From: Chromatiaceae bacterium
Lineage (GTDB): Bacteria; Pseudomonadota; Gammaproteobacteria; Chromatiales; Chromatiaceae
Assembly: GCA_024235395.1 (NCBI GenBank)
Contig: JACKMK010000001.1
Span: 58,445-122,444, forward strand
DNA length: 64,000 bases
Direction of reading: 5' to 3'
The notes under the pieces were generated by a model. The model did no database searches. It saw only the letters and a list, made by a program, of their open reading frames with translations, and was not told the DNA's origin. Position 1 is the stretch's first letter. Each line of letters begins with the position of its first letter. Below, piece by piece: positions 42,196 to 52,933 of this stretch. The position numbers were made by a program, and so were the translations under genes.

Positions 42196-43179
42196 TTACT
42201 TGCCGTTCATTCGCTCTGTGGCAACACCTATCAGTTCAGCGACGTTTCGATGTTGTGACGGATTGAACGACACCACCTCGACACTGAATTGAATGTCATA
42301 GCTGCGGGCGGAGCGTATCTCGCGGTCCTTCAGCAGTTGTTCCATCCTTCCCACCGCAGACGCCGTGCCCTCTTCGGATGCACCCGTCACCAACACCGCG
42401 AACCCGTCCCCGTCGATGCGACCCAATACGTCGCAGATGCGGAATGTCTTTGTGAGGGCGAGCGCAAACTCCTTGAGGGTCAGGTCACCTTCGGACGCCC
42501 CCAAGTCATCGTTAATCTGCTGGAGACCACCCAGGGTCAGGTAGATCAGCGCAGCGGATTCGTCCAGACGACGACACATCTCCAACGCATACGAGGAGTA
42601 CAGTTCGAATCCACGCCGGTTGGAGATCTGCGTCAGTTCGTCCACGGTGATCAGCTGCAGAGCGGCGAGTTCATCCTCCACGACGTTCGCCAGGTCGCGC
42701 AACGCCGCCTCTTCGTCCTCCCGCAGATCACGAGCAACCTGGTCCATGATGCACAAGGCGCCCAACTTGTCACCCGTGGAAGACTCGAACGGGTACCCGG
42801 CAAAAAAACGGATGCCGGTCTCACCGGTCACGAGCGGGCTTTCCCGGAAGCGTTCGTCTTCGAGCGCATCGGGAATCACGAACACACCGGAGCCCATTAC
42901 CGCATGGGCACAAAAGGACATGTCGGGTGTTGTTTCGAGCTCCTCCAATCCTTGGAGTGACTTGATCGACTGGTGACCCTGATCGACCAGGGTGATCAAT
43001 GCGATCGGAACGTCGAACAGCCCTTTCGCGATGCGTGTTATGCGGTCCAATCGTTCTTCCGGTAACGAATCCAGCATGCCAATTCCTCGCGGCGACGTGA
43101 GATGGAGATGTTCGTCAACAGGTTTCCCTGGAATCGAAATGACTGTCTCGTCAATGGCTCTCGAGGTCAAGCGGGCCAA
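42196..43179 (-). CDS. GAF plus degenerate GGDEF domain protein
   Basis: SFCAHAV...IRFFAGYP (GAF); DELTQISNRRGF; active site reads RIDGDGF. Confidence 0.85.
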   Translation of the reverse strand: MARLTSRAIDETVISIPGKPVDEHLHLTSPRGIGMLDSLPEERLDRITRIAKGLFDVPIALITLVDQGHQSIKSLQGLEELETTPDMSFCAHAVMGSGVFVIPDALEDERFRESPLVTGETGIRFFAGYPFESSTGDKLGALCIMDQVARDLREDEEAALRDLANVVEDELAALQLITVDELTQISNRRGFELYSSYALEMCRRLDESAALIYLTLGGLQQINDDLGASEGDLTLKEFALALTKTFRICDVLGRIDGDGFAVLVTGASEEGTASAVGRMEQLLKDREIRSARSYDIQFSVEVVSFNPSQHRNVAELIGVATERMNGK

Positions 43180-43442
43180 AAGAGGCCGGGAGCGCCCGCC
43201 GGACGGCGTCGGGGCAACCGATCACGAGACGGGCTGCACAGGGTAATCTATCGGTATTTTCCCGGCTTCCCTTAGTCAAACGGTGGGCTCGGTTCTCGCA
43301 GGCCATTCCGGGCCTTTCGTCGACAAGGACACCACCGCACCGACCTGCTACGAGGAACGACCGGGAAAGACAGGAAATTTGCCGTCTTCGCAACAGGTTA
43401 ACCGAGTAAGACCCCATACGCCGTGACCAAAAGGCGACCGGA

Positions 43443-44180
43443 TCAGCGCCCTTGTTCCGCCAAGTCGCGTTGCAGCCTGGCGATGGCATCCCCCGGCCCT
43501 ATGACCACCAGGATATCTTCGGGTTGTAAACGCATGTCCTCGGCGGTCTGGCTGTAGACGAAATGCTCTTCCATCTGACGGTCCACAACACCCAGCAGGA
43601 TCAGCTCGTAGTTGCGTTCCAGTTCCAGCTCGGAGAGCGCCCGATCGACCAGTGCCGAACCGCCGGGTACCGTGACCTCGGCAATGTTCAGGTTCGCCTG
43701 GCCGAACAGCGTTCGGTCGAGAATCGCGGTGACCACTGGTCGCGTGATGATGTCCCAAACGCGCAGGCCGCTGATCTCCAGCGTCTCGATCACCTTGTCC
43801 GCCCCGGCGGCGCGCAGAGCGGGTACCGCCCCTCTCCCGTGAGCGATGCTGAAGATGCGTACGCTGGGTGCCAGGGCACGGGCCGACAGGGTCAGAAACA
43901 CATTGTCGGCATCGTTTGGAAACAGGCAGAAAACCGTGTCGATGGACTCACCCAGGCCCAGCTTCGCGAGTTCGTCGTCGTCCCGGAAATCCAGCGCCGC
44001 TGTCTCGAAACCGGCCTTGCGCGCTTTCGACAGGTTGACCGGGTCATTGTCGACGATGGTCACCAGGTAATCGCCGGTGTTCAGGTAATACGCGACCTCC
44101 ACCGCGGAACGATAGTAGCCAAACAGCGCAATGCCGCGTTGCGCCACCTCAGGCCATCCCCGAGCGAAACTGACCGGCAC
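43443..44180 (-). CDS. TrkA-family (RCK_N/RCK_C) protein
   Basis: DADNVFLTLSAR, AGADKVI, RCK_C at the C-terminus. Confidence 0.85.
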   Translation of the reverse strand: MPVSFARGWPEVAQRGIALFGYYRSAVEVAYYLNTGDYLVTIVDNDPVNLSKARKAGFETAALDFRDDDELAKLGLGESIDTVFCLFPNDADNVFLTLSARALAPSVRIFSIAHGRGAVPALRAAGADKVIETLEISGLRVWDIITRPVVTAILDRTLFGQANLNIAEVTVPGGSALVDRALSELELERNYELILLGVVDRQMEEHFVYSQTAEDMRLQPEDILVVIGPGDAIARLQRDLAEQGR

Positions 44181-45759
44181 CGAGTTCCCGGCGGAAATGT
44201 ACCAGGCTGTACTCGTATCCGAACACGACCAGGGTATCGCCGGCTTCGATACGAAAATCGAGGCTCGGCTTGAAGATGAAGCAGAAGTCGTCCTCCAGGG
44301 GGAAGAGATGGTCCACGTCCGCCGGACGCCAGTCGCGGACCGTGATCACGCCGAACAGGAGCAGCTTGCGTCGGACGAAATCCACTTCGGCGAGGGTGTG
44401 CCCACATACCGGGGCACTCCCTTCCACGCGCACCGCCTCCAGAGCGACCTCCCGCTCACCCCGCAGAATTCCATAGATCGCTTCGAAGGCGGTCGGTCGC
44501 CCGACGTACTCCGCGGCAATCAGGCCGACGACCTCCGAGGTCGACACGGTATGGTTGGCCCCAGCCAGGACCAGCTTGCGCGCGACATCCTTGGTACCCG
44601 CCCGCGCAATGATGCGTAGTCCGTCATTCAACTGGCGGGCACTGACCGTCAGGAACACGTTTTTCACGTCGTCATTGGTCACGCACACCAGGGTATGCGC
44701 GCGATCGACCTTCGCTATGCCTTCCAGCAACCCGTTGTCGGCTGCGTCGCCCTGTACCGCCAGGTAACCGCGCTTGCTCGCCAGACGCACCTTGCTTTCG
44801 TCGATATCGACGACGACGAAACGTTGCCTGACCGCCCACAGTTTCGCCGCGACGACCTGTCCGACCTCGCCAAATCCATAGATCACGGTGTACGAAGACC
44901 CGCGTTCGAGCTCGGAGAAAACCCGGTGCTCACGCAGGTCCCCCAGTTTCTCCTGGAAGGCTGCGACCACTATCGAAGTCGTGAAAGCGAGCACACCGAT
45001 CCCTGATACGATCAACGCCAGGGCCACAACACGTCCTTCGGTGGTATGCGGTGTGATGTCGCCGTAACCGACCGTGGACAGCGTCACCATCGACCAATAC
45101 ACGGCGTCGAAAAAGGTATCGATGGAGCCACCCTGGACAGCACCTTCGAACACGTAGATGGCGCTCGCCGCCGCCAGAACGACGAACACCATGAAAAAGG
45201 CGAGTACGTAGAACTCGAACCGCCGCTCGGCGAGCACATCGGTCATGCCATGCACGCTACGGGCGTAGCGGAACAGTTTGAACAGGCGGAACAGCAGGAA
45301 GACACGAAGCAGGCGCACCGGCCGATAGCTCGGCAGGATCGCCAACAAATCGATGATGGCGAGTGGGCTGGAGACGTACGCCCATTTCCGGCGCGCGACG
45401 TCCACCAGGACCGGCCACAAGCGGAACGGCACGTGCAGGAATTCGGCCTGTCGGTACTGGTCGAGTACCACCGCATGCACGTCGCTGGAGATCCACAGCC
45501 GCGCCAGGTACTCGAGGATGAACAGGGTTACCGCGAAATACTCGAACCACAGCATCCACGCTGCGACCTTGTTCTCGACCGAATAGACCAACAGCGCGAC
45601 GCTCGCCAGTACGACCAGGATCATGGCGAGATCGAAGTAGCGCTTGGCCCGCGACGTGGGATCCTCCAGCAACTCGCGAACGGCGCCCTTCGCCCGCAGA
45701 TAGTCGGGGCTCGACTCCAGCATCAGGCAGAAACGGACCAGCAGTGTCTTCGGCGTCAT
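44149..45759 (-). CDS. Voltage-gated-type potassium channel with RCK domains
   Basis: S4-like RLLRVFLLFRLFKLFRY, filter TVGYGD, TrkA-N domain. Confidence 0.92.
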   Translation of the reverse strand: MTPKTLLVRFCLMLESSPDYLRAKGAVRELLEDPTSRAKRYFDLAMILVVLASVALLVYSVENKVAAWMLWFEYFAVTLFILEYLARLWISSDVHAVVLDQYRQAEFLHVPFRLWPVLVDVARRKWAYVSSPLAIIDLLAILPSYRPVRLLRVFLLFRLFKLFRYARSVHGMTDVLAERRFEFYVLAFFMVFVVLAAASAIYVFEGAVQGGSIDTFFDAVYWSMVTLSTVGYGDITPHTTEGRVVALALIVSGIGVLAFTTSIVVAAFQEKLGDLREHRVFSELERGSSYTVIYGFGEVGQVVAAKLWAVRQRFVVVDIDESKVRLASKRGYLAVQGDAADNGLLEGIAKVDRAHTLVCVTNDDVKNVFLTVSARQLNDGLRIIARAGTKDVARKLVLAGANHTVSTSEVVGLIAAEYVGRPTAFEAIYGILRGEREVALEAVRVEGSAPVCGHTLAEVDFVRRKLLLFGVITVRDWRPADVDHLFPLEDDFCFIFKPSLDFRIEAGDTLVVFGYEYSLVHFRRELGAGQFRSGMA

Positions 45760-46046
45760 ATTCCGGAGGATTCACCTGTCACTCGCGAGCGATCCTGCTG
45801 CCGTCGGTCAGCGTGCAAGCGAGCGGGCACGTGATTCAATAAGGCTCGGCGAAGCGCCGGGATCAACGGGAATTATCCCATATATCCTCGCCGGGCACCC
45901 GGAGGTGGGGTGCGGCCGCAGGGATCGACAAGACCACTTCTCTTAATCGATCTGCTCAATCGCCCCATCATCAGGTCGACAGCGGCCCGCATCGAACCGC
46001 GCTCACCGAGCCCCGGCATTCGACGACGTGAAGACCGGGTCTCCGG

Positions 46047-46472
46047 TCATTGCTCCCCGTCGCGCATGCGCTCGCAAAAGGTGCGGGTGTCGGGGTTTTC
46101 CACCGCATCGACGATCGCGTTGACGATACTGCCGAACTCCTCGGGCGACAGCACCGTCATCACCCGTGTGAGCAACGTCGGATCGACATGCGCATAGACG
46201 GTCTGGCCGCTCTCCAGGTTCAGCACCACCCCGGCCGCCTGGTAATTATCCGCCCCCTCTTCCTGCGCGTTGTCGAACAACTCCCGGTCCATATCCATCA
46301 AGGTCTCGTAGCGGGCCTCGATCTCCTCCGAGAGCACGTCGTCGATGTCCTCCGGCAGTCGAACCTCGAAGCCCTCCTCCACCTCACCGGCTTCCGGCTT
46401 CTGACCACGCTGGCGCAGAAACTCCACGAATGCCTCGAACGGTGCCTGGTGAAAAAAGATGTACTCCAGCAT
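46047..46472 (-). CDS. Acidic hypothetical protein
   Basis: Clean codon usage and globular composition; no motif recognised. Confidence 0.7.
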   Translation of the reverse strand: MLEYIFFHQAPFEAFVEFLRQRGQKPEAGEVEEGFEVRLPEDIDDVLSEEIEARYETLMDMDRELFDNAQEEGADNYQAAGVVLNLESGQTVYAHVDPTLLTRVMTVLSPEEFGSIVNAIVDAVENPDTRTFCERMRDGEQ

Positions 46473-46645
46473 GCTTTGTCATCCCGCGTGGTCAAGTGTT
46501 CCGATCGTTGGCCTAGCTTCGTTGAAGAAATACCGTCCCCGCAAGCCTTCACCGGCGACGGCGAAAGAAATTTGGCGCCGTCGGGAAGAATTTCTGCGTT
46601 CGCGCGGTCTGACAGTGAACGGCCGATCGCTCTACGGGGGGCGCG

Positions 46646-47776
46646 ATGAACAAAACTCTCTTGGTCAGTGTACTGCTTGCAGCCGCGGTACTGGTGGTGG
46701 TGCTTTGGCCATTCGGCCGGTCGAGCCAGCGTGCGCCGGCCGGACCGGCGGTGGGCGCGCTGGCTGCCGACGGCCATACCCGGCTCGCGACCTTCGCCGG
46801 TGGCTGTTTCTGGTGTGTGGAGGCCGATCTCGAAAAAGTGCCCGGGGTGATCGAGGCGGTCTCCGGCTACACGGGTGGCAACCTGGAGAACCCGCGCTAC
46901 GAACAGGTCGCCGGCGGCGGTACGGGTCACCGCGAAAGCGTCCAGGTCCGGTACGATCCGGACGTGATCAGCTACGAAGGGCTGTTGCAGGCGTTCTGGC
47001 GGATTGTCGACCCAACCGACGGCAGTGGCCAGTTCGTCGATCGTGGCAATCAGTACTCGCCTGCGATCTTCTACCACGACGACGAGCAACGCGTCGCCGC
47101 TGAACGCTCGCGTGCCGAACTTGCGGCCAGTGGTCGGTATTCGCGCCAGATCGACACACCGATCGAACCGGCGGCCAGATTCTACCCGGCGGAGGAATAC
47201 CACCAGGACTACTACGCGAAAAACCCGTTGCGCTATCGTTTCTATCGTTTCAACTCCGGGCGCGACCGCTATCTGAGCCGCACCTGGGGCGAGGATCTGG
47301 CACTGGACTACGCACGATACTCGGCAAAGCTGCCAGCCGGTTTCAACAAGCCCGACCCGACCGACCTGCGCGAGCGCCTGACGCCGCTGCAGTTCCAGGT
47401 GACCCAGCAAGAAGGCACCGAGCCGCCTTTCGACAACAGCTATTGGGACAACAAGCGTGACGGCATCTACGTCGACGTGGTCAGTGGCGAACCACTTTTT
47501 TCGTCGACCGACAAGTACGATTCCGGCACCGGTTGGCCCAGTTTCACGAAGCCGCTCGACCCACAGTTGATCGTAGAACACAAGGATTACAGGCTGCTGT
47601 TGCCGCGCATCGAGGTCCGCAGCCGCTTCGCCGATTCTCACCTCGGGCATGTGTTCGATGACGGTCCCGCGCCGACCGGGCTGCGCTACTGCATCAACTC
47701 GGCGGCCTTGCGTTTCGTCCCGAAAGCGGATCTCGCCGCACAAGGCTATGCACAGTACGCGAAGCTGTTCGAGTGA
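46646..47776 (+). CDS. msrAB: Bifunctional methionine sulfoxide reductase MsrAB with N-terminal anchor
   Basis: GGCFWC (MsrA), GWPSF and RYCINS (MsrB), N-terminal TM/signal. Confidence 0.95.
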   Translation: MNKTLLVSVLLAAAVLVVVLWPFGRSSQRAPAGPAVGALAADGHTRLATFAGGCFWCVEADLEKVPGVIEAVSGYTGGNLENPRYEQVAGGGTGHRESVQVRYDPDVISYEGLLQAFWRIVDPTDGSGQFVDRGNQYSPAIFYHDDEQRVAAERSRAELAASGRYSRQIDTPIEPAARFYPAEEYHQDYYAKNPLRYRFYRFNSGRDRYLSRTWGEDLALDYARYSAKLPAGFNKPDPTDLRERLTPLQFQVTQQEGTEPPFDNSYWDNKRDGIYVDVVSGEPLFSSTDKYDSGTGWPSFTKPLDPQLIVEHKDYRLLLPRIEVRSRFADSHLGHVFDDGPAPTGLRYCINSAALRFVPKADLAAQGYAQYAKLFE

Positions 47777-47794
47777 CGCAGTGGTAGTGGGGGT

Positions 47795-48538
47795 TCAAAA
47801 CGTCATGATGTCACGATGTACCACCAGCGCCGGTTTGTAACCGAAGATCGCGCTGAGGTGGTGCAGAAACGCATGGTTCGCCTGTTCGAACCACAGCCGG
47901 TCGAGTGATTGTTCGACGGCGCGATAGCGTGCATGCAGGTCTGGTTCATCGTGTAGCGCCGCTTCGGCCTGGGCCAGTCCCAGCCACATGCGGCTCGCAC
48001 CCATGATGAAGTAGGGCCATTCACGTTGCACCGCCACCGGCCAGCGTTCGTCGCTGGTGCCTTCCGGCAGAGTGCCACGCACATCCGGTACCGGCTCTAC
48101 ACGGAATGACAGCAACATGTCGCGGTTACGCAGTGCCTGCAGCAGCGGGTGAGCGGCCACCTCGGCCGAGATTGCATCCACCGTCGCGGGGTCGGTGTAC
48201 AACACCAGACTGAAGCGATGTCCAACCGGGTCGTCCGGCCAGCGACGGTGAAACCGCCACAACGGGATCGTCGACGCATGTTGCGCGACGATCGGCGCGA
48301 GTATCCGGTCGGCGACCAGGATGTCGAGGTAGCTGTCCACCTCACCGTCCGCTGCCGTGTTGAAACGGAAACGCAGGTAGTTCCAGCGCGGCTGGACCAC
48401 GACGGGCGTCGCCAGGCGCTCCAAAGCGACCGGATCGCCCTTTGGGCTCGGCACTGTCGTACAACCGCCCAGAATCACCGCGAGCAATGTCAAAACCAAC
48501 AGCACCGATCCGCTTTGACCCGGCTGGATCGCGGTCAT
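47795..48538 (-). CDS. Hypothetical lipoprotein
   Basis: Lipobox LGGC after a hydrophobic stretch. Confidence 0.65.
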   Translation of the reverse strand: MTAIQPGQSGSVLLVLTLLAVILGGCTTVPSPKGDPVALERLATPVVVQPRWNYLRFRFNTAADGEVDSYLDILVADRILAPIVAQHASTIPLWRFHRRWPDDPVGHRFSLVLYTDPATVDAISAEVAAHPLLQALRNRDMLLSFRVEPVPDVRGTLPEGTSDERWPVAVQREWPYFIMGASRMWLGLAQAEAALHDEPDLHARYRAVEQSLDRLWFEQANHAFLHHLSAIFGYKPALVVHRDIMTF

Positions 48539-48720
48539 GTGGCTGGTGCGTGACGCCCGGGGCGACACGCGCCGGGCGATTTGTCCGATAATCGTGTTGT
48601 GTGACATCTTATCCATGAGCGGCGACGGCGACCGCCGCCCGGCTCGAACGGGCCTTTGCACGACAATACCGTGGCAGGTTATGCCGGATCGCAGTAGCGG
48701 AGCAATGCCGCCAGAGGGAG

Positions 48721-49266
48721 ATGACGATGATGGACAAAGGATCTCGCCTGCCGATTTTGCTGCTCGCCCTCGGTCTCATCGGGGCGACCTGGGCCGACGA
48801 CGGCCTGCTGTATCGCTGGACCGATGCACAGGGGCAGGTGCACTTCGGCGACCAACCGCCGACCAGCGACCACTCCTCCGCCCAGCGGTTCGCGGCGCCG
48901 CGCTACCAGCCCCCGGAACAATCGCCCAAGGACGACCCTTACTCCATCCTGAATCAGGCCAAACGCCTCGAGGAGGCGCGCCAACGACTGGAGCAGGAGC
49001 GCCAGGCCGAGCGCGAACGACAACGTGAATACCGGCTGCGTGAACGTGAACTGGCTGAACGCCAGGCGCCGACCGCCGAACCACCGGCCTCGGCGGTGAT
49101 CGCCTACCCGCGCCCCGCCTATCCCTATCGGCCACGCTTCCGGCCGCATCAAGTACCGCAACCACCAGGTAGCCTCTGGGAACCCGATCACCCGGCCTAT
49201 CGCGTACCGGCGCCTTACCCGGCACCGCCGGTCTACGGTCGCGAGGGCATGGGACCCCGCCGCTAG
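48721..49266 (+). CDS. DUF4124 domain protein
   Basis: Signal peptide, LYRWTDAQGQVHFGDQPP. Confidence 0.85.
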   Translation: MTMMDKGSRLPILLLALGLIGATWADDGLLYRWTDAQGQVHFGDQPPTSDHSSAQRFAAPRYQPPEQSPKDDPYSILNQAKRLEEARQRLEQERQAERERQREYRLRERELAERQAPTAEPPASAVIAYPRPAYPYRPRFRPHQVPQPPGSLWEPDHPAYRVPAPYPAPPVYGREGMGPRR

Positions 49267-49455
49267 CCCCGGCTCGCCGCTGAACATCCCCGCCGCGTAG
49301 GAATGCGGTGCATCTTGCCGCGCCGTTTCGGAAGCACGTTCTGCGCACCTCGTCTTGGATTCCTGAATTGCCGTTCGGCACTGAAGCCATGCGCCGCATT
49401 GCCGATAGAGGCGCGTCACATTTTTCACAATCTGCGAATCTAAAGGAGTCCTTGC

Positions 49456-50280
49456 ATGAATGTCCGTTTCCGATTGCTCTCGGTGTTCAACGTCGTCGGT
49501 GTCCTGTTCATGGTCTACGCGGGTGTCGTCGCGTATCTGAGTATCGCGCAGTCGCATGCCGTAGACCGACTGATCGGGGGCAACAGTGCCGCGATCGGGA
49601 AGCTTCACGAACTGGTCGTTCAACTGGAGAAGACACGCCGCTTCGAGAAAGAGTATTTCATCTATGTCGGGCATACCTCGAAGAAGGCGAAGTACGTCTC
49701 CGAATGGTCCGAGTCCATGGAGCGGGTTTTTGCAATCCTCTCGACGCTGAAAGAAGATCCGCAACAGCTGTTCGACGCCGACAAGCAGACGGAATTCACC
49801 AGTTGGCTGGGGGCGATCAGGTTTTACGATGCCGAGTTCCGCAAGATCGTCGACAGCTACCAGCACCTGCGGCTGGTCGGCAGTGCTGCGGAAGACGCGA
49901 CCTCGCGTTACACGGTCGATGCCAACGCAGCCATCGCCGATGGAAAGAACCGCTTGCGCACGGTATTCGACGGTGCTGAGCGGACGCTCGGTGACCTGCG
50001 GACAGAGCTTGCCGAGGCACGGGCCGATGTGCAGACCCGCACCGACCGTATGGTCTACCTGGTGTTCGGCGTGAGCCTGTTGCTGTTGGCGATCCTGATC
50101 GTCGGTGTGCGCGGACTGCATTCGTCCTTCATGGCACATTTCTATGCGATTCTTGCCAAGGTCAGCCTGTTGCGCGACGGCGACAAGAGCATGTACTTCG
50201 ACAAGACGGGTGTCGCTGAACTCGATCGGCTTTCTCACGACCTCGAGCAGATAAAAACCCGGTTGATACGCTGCGGCTGA
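49456..50280 (+). CDS. Membrane protein with a 4-helix-bundle-like periplasmic sensor and no output domain
   Basis: TM, RRFEKEYF helical domain, TM, short degenerate HAMP-like tail. Confidence 0.65.
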   Translation: MNVRFRLLSVFNVVGVLFMVYAGVVAYLSIAQSHAVDRLIGGNSAAIGKLHELVVQLEKTRRFEKEYFIYVGHTSKKAKYVSEWSESMERVFAILSTLKEDPQQLFDADKQTEFTSWLGAIRFYDAEFRKIVDSYQHLRLVGSAAEDATSRYTVDANAAIADGKNRLRTVFDGAERTLGDLRTELAEARADVQTRTDRMVYLVFGVSLLLLAILIVGVRGLHSSFMAHFYAILAKVSLLRDGDKSMYFDKTGVAELDRLSHDLEQIKTRLIRCG

Positions 50281-50302
50281 CCGCCCAGCATCCGCAACAC
50301 TG

Positions 50303-50333
50303 GCAGGGACCCGGTGCGTCACCGGGTCCCTGC
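50303..50333 (+). terminator. 14-bp perfect hairpin
   Basis: GCAGGGACCCGGTG-cgt-CACCGGGTCCCTGC, 23 nt after a stop codon; no U-tract. Confidence 0.55.
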
Positions 50334-50508
50334 ACAGGGTATCGTCCACCGGTATCCGCCGCTGAGCCCGCGCCGTCCTGACCGGTGCTTCCCCGACACC
50401 CTTCCCCAAGCCCATCTGCGCCCCGATCACCCTTCACGCAACCGGACCCGAAAGCCGTACGGTCGACTGACGCGATCGATCAAGCCATACAGTGCGAGAC
50501 GTCCGGAG

Positions 50509-50534
50509 TGATCCAAACCCGGCGCTGCCCCGTA
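50509..50534 (+). promoter_or_regulatory. RpoE/ChrR (ECF11)-type promoter
   Basis: TGATCC-N16-CGTA upstream of the operon that ends in the ECF sigma and ChrR genes. Confidence 0.6.
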
Positions 50535-50588
50535 TAAGCGGGCGTGTACGAAAAAACCTGGCGGTTAAAACCGGGACGGCTTGCCACC

Positions 50589-51776
50589 ATGCACTCCTCA
50601 TTCCTCGCTGCTGTCGGCACCGGCGGACTTGCTCTGGCCATCCAATCCAGCGCACCGGCCGCCCAACCGGAGACATACCTGCCGGCGGGGCCCGAGGTCG
50701 TGCTCGAACACCTGCCCGATGGAGCGTTTCCGCTCCGGTCATATACGGGCAATGAGCGGCCGAGCATCGAGCAGGTGCGTAGCGATGCACTCGCCTACAT
50801 CGAGGTCGCACGGCGCAGCGGTGATCTGCGCTACCTGGGATACGCCGACGGCGCCTTGCGTGCCTGGGAATCGGTGCGGCCGCCACCCGCGCCGTTGTTG
50901 CTCCCTCGCGCCATGCTTCAGCAGGCACGTCACGAGTTCGACCAGGCCCTTGCGACCCTGGATCTTTTGCACGAGCGCCAGCCCGACAACGCCCAGGCGT
51001 GGCTGACACGTGCAGTGGTCCATCAGGTGCGGGGTGAACCGGATGCCGCGCTCCGCAGCTGCATCAAGCTGCACCCAGGTGGCGGTCGCCTGATCACGGC
51101 CGCCTGTATCGCCGGCAGCGCGCGAATCACCGGTGACGCCGCGACCGCCTACCGGCTGCTGCGCGCCGCAATACGCGACGCGACGGACCACGACAGGGAG
51201 CACATCCCCTGGGCATTGCGGGTGCTCGCCGAACTGGCCGAGATCAATGGTGATCCGACCTTTGCGCGCGCCTGTCTGATACAGGCCCTGGACGCAAATC
51301 CCGGCGATATCCGCACGCGGCTCGCATTGGCCGATCTTCTGTTACGTCAACACGACGCCGCGACGGTACTCGAGATCGTGCCCGCGGACTCCCGGTCGCC
51401 GGTACTGACTCTGCGACGCGCGCTGGCCGCGAGTCTCCTCGGACACCCGGATCTGGCGCGCCACCAGACCGTGCTCGAGGACTACTTCGCCGCCGCGCGG
51501 CGACGCGGCGAGACACTGCATGACCGCGAGTCTGCGCTCGCCGATCTGCGGATCTTCGGACGTCCTGAACGCGCTCTCGCCGTGGCCCGCCGAAACTGGC
51601 GTACACAGCGCGAGTTCGCCGATACCGAGTTGCTGCTCGGCGCGGCATTGGCGTGCGGCGACCTGGCCACGGTGCAGCATGTCAGAGACTGGCTGAGGGG
51701 GCACCGCAACCTGGACGCCCGACTGGCAGCGATCTTGCGGGCATCCGCACCCGAAGGCAGCGGCGATGCGTCTTAG
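50589..51776 (+). CDS. Secreted TPR-like protein
   Basis: Signal-like N-terminus, TPR-like helices; first gene of the DUF4331 cluster. Confidence 0.75.
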   Translation: MHSSFLAAVGTGGLALAIQSSAPAAQPETYLPAGPEVVLEHLPDGAFPLRSYTGNERPSIEQVRSDALAYIEVARRSGDLRYLGYADGALRAWESVRPPPAPLLLPRAMLQQARHEFDQALATLDLLHERQPDNAQAWLTRAVVHQVRGEPDAALRSCIKLHPGGGRLITAACIAGSARITGDAATAYRLLRAAIRDATDHDREHIPWALRVLAELAEINGDPTFARACLIQALDANPGDIRTRLALADLLLRQHDAATVLEIVPADSRSPVLTLRRALAASLLGHPDLARHQTVLEDYFAAARRRGETLHDRESALADLRIFGRPERALAVARRNWRTQREFADTELLLGAALACGDLATVQHVRDWLRGHRNLDARLAAILRASAPEGSGDAS

Positions 51777-52899
51777 TACCGTGCAGCGCTGGACCTGTTG
51801 GTGGTTGTTGTTCCCGGTGGTGGCACTCGCGCATACCGCGAGCGATAGCTACCTGACGCTCGACCTGGCGGGAAATCCTCCACAACTGCGCTGGGATATC
51901 GCGCTGCCTGACCTGCAGCAGGCGCTCGGCCTGGACCGCGATGCCGACCGCCGCATCACCTGGGGGGAGCTGCGCGCGGCGCACCCGGAGATTGCCGGCT
52001 ATGCGATGCAGCGGCTCAGACTGCGTGCCGCTGGGCGGGACTGTGCCATCGCGGCGCTGCCGCAACGGGTCGCTGACCACAACGATGGCACCTACGCGGT
52101 CCTGCCGCTGGACGTGGATTGCGATGGCACCACCCCCACCACGCTTTCCTACAAGCTGCTGTTCGATATCGATCCGACCCACCGCGGTGTACTGCGAGTG
52201 ATCACCAACACCGGCGAGCAGGTCCACCTCCTGTCTCCGGAGCAGCCCACGGCCATGCTCTCTCGAGAGACCTCGGGCGGCAGACTGCTGCTGGTTCGAG
52301 AGCACCTCGAGAACGGGATTGGACACATCCTCGGGGGAGCCGATCACCTGTTGTTCCTGCTTACCCTGATCCTGCCGGTCGTCTTGGAGCATCGCGAAGG
52401 ACGTTGGCAGGCGGCGACCTCGGCCAGGCAGGTCGCCGGCAAGCTGCTGGGTGTGGTAACCGCATTTACGCTGGCCCATTCCCTGACCCTGTCGCTCGCA
52501 GTGCTCGGCATGGTCGAGACTGCCGCGCGCTGGGTCGAGCCCGCTATCGCGTTGACGATATGCCTGGCGGCACTCAACAACGTGCGACCCTTCCTGCCGG
52601 GGTCGGCCGCGTCGATCGCGTTTGTCCTCGGGCTGGTGCACGGTTTTGGATTCGCAGCGGCGTTGAGCGGTTTGGGCACGACGCGGGAAACGACCCTGCT
52701 GGTGCTCGGCGCGTTCAACGTCGGCGTCGAACTCGGCCAGCTGCTGGTGGTTGGACTGGTTGTCCCGATCGCCTACGTGTACCGGCATTCGAGCGTCTTC
52801 CGGGTCGTCGGGGTGCAGTTCGGTTCTGTCGCGATCGCTGCCGTCGCGATCTTCTGGTTCGTCGAACGCAGTCTCACGCTGGGGCTGCTGGTCCGATGA
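51766..52899 (+). CDS. HupE/UreJ-type protein with a periplasmic N-domain
   Basis: ALAH, GIGHILGGADHLLFL, AFTLAHSLTL, GLVHGFGFA, FNVGVELGQ. Confidence 0.88.
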   Translation: MRLSTVQRWTCWWLLFPVVALAHTASDSYLTLDLAGNPPQLRWDIALPDLQQALGLDRDADRRITWGELRAAHPEIAGYAMQRLRLRAAGRDCAIAALPQRVADHNDGTYAVLPLDVDCDGTTPTTLSYKLLFDIDPTHRGVLRVITNTGEQVHLLSPEQPTAMLSRETSGGRLLLVREHLENGIGHILGGADHLLFLLTLILPVVLEHREGRWQAATSARQVAGKLLGVVTAFTLAHSLTLSLAVLGMVETAARWVEPAIALTICLAALNNVRPFLPGSAASIAFVLGLVHGFGFAAALSGLGTTRETTLLVLGAFNVGVELGQLLVVGLVVPIAYVYRHSSVFRVVGVQFGSVAIAAVAIFWFVERSLTLGLLVR

Positions 52900-52933
52900 A
52901 CCCGATCCACTTCCAACCAGAAAGGAGCATGCC

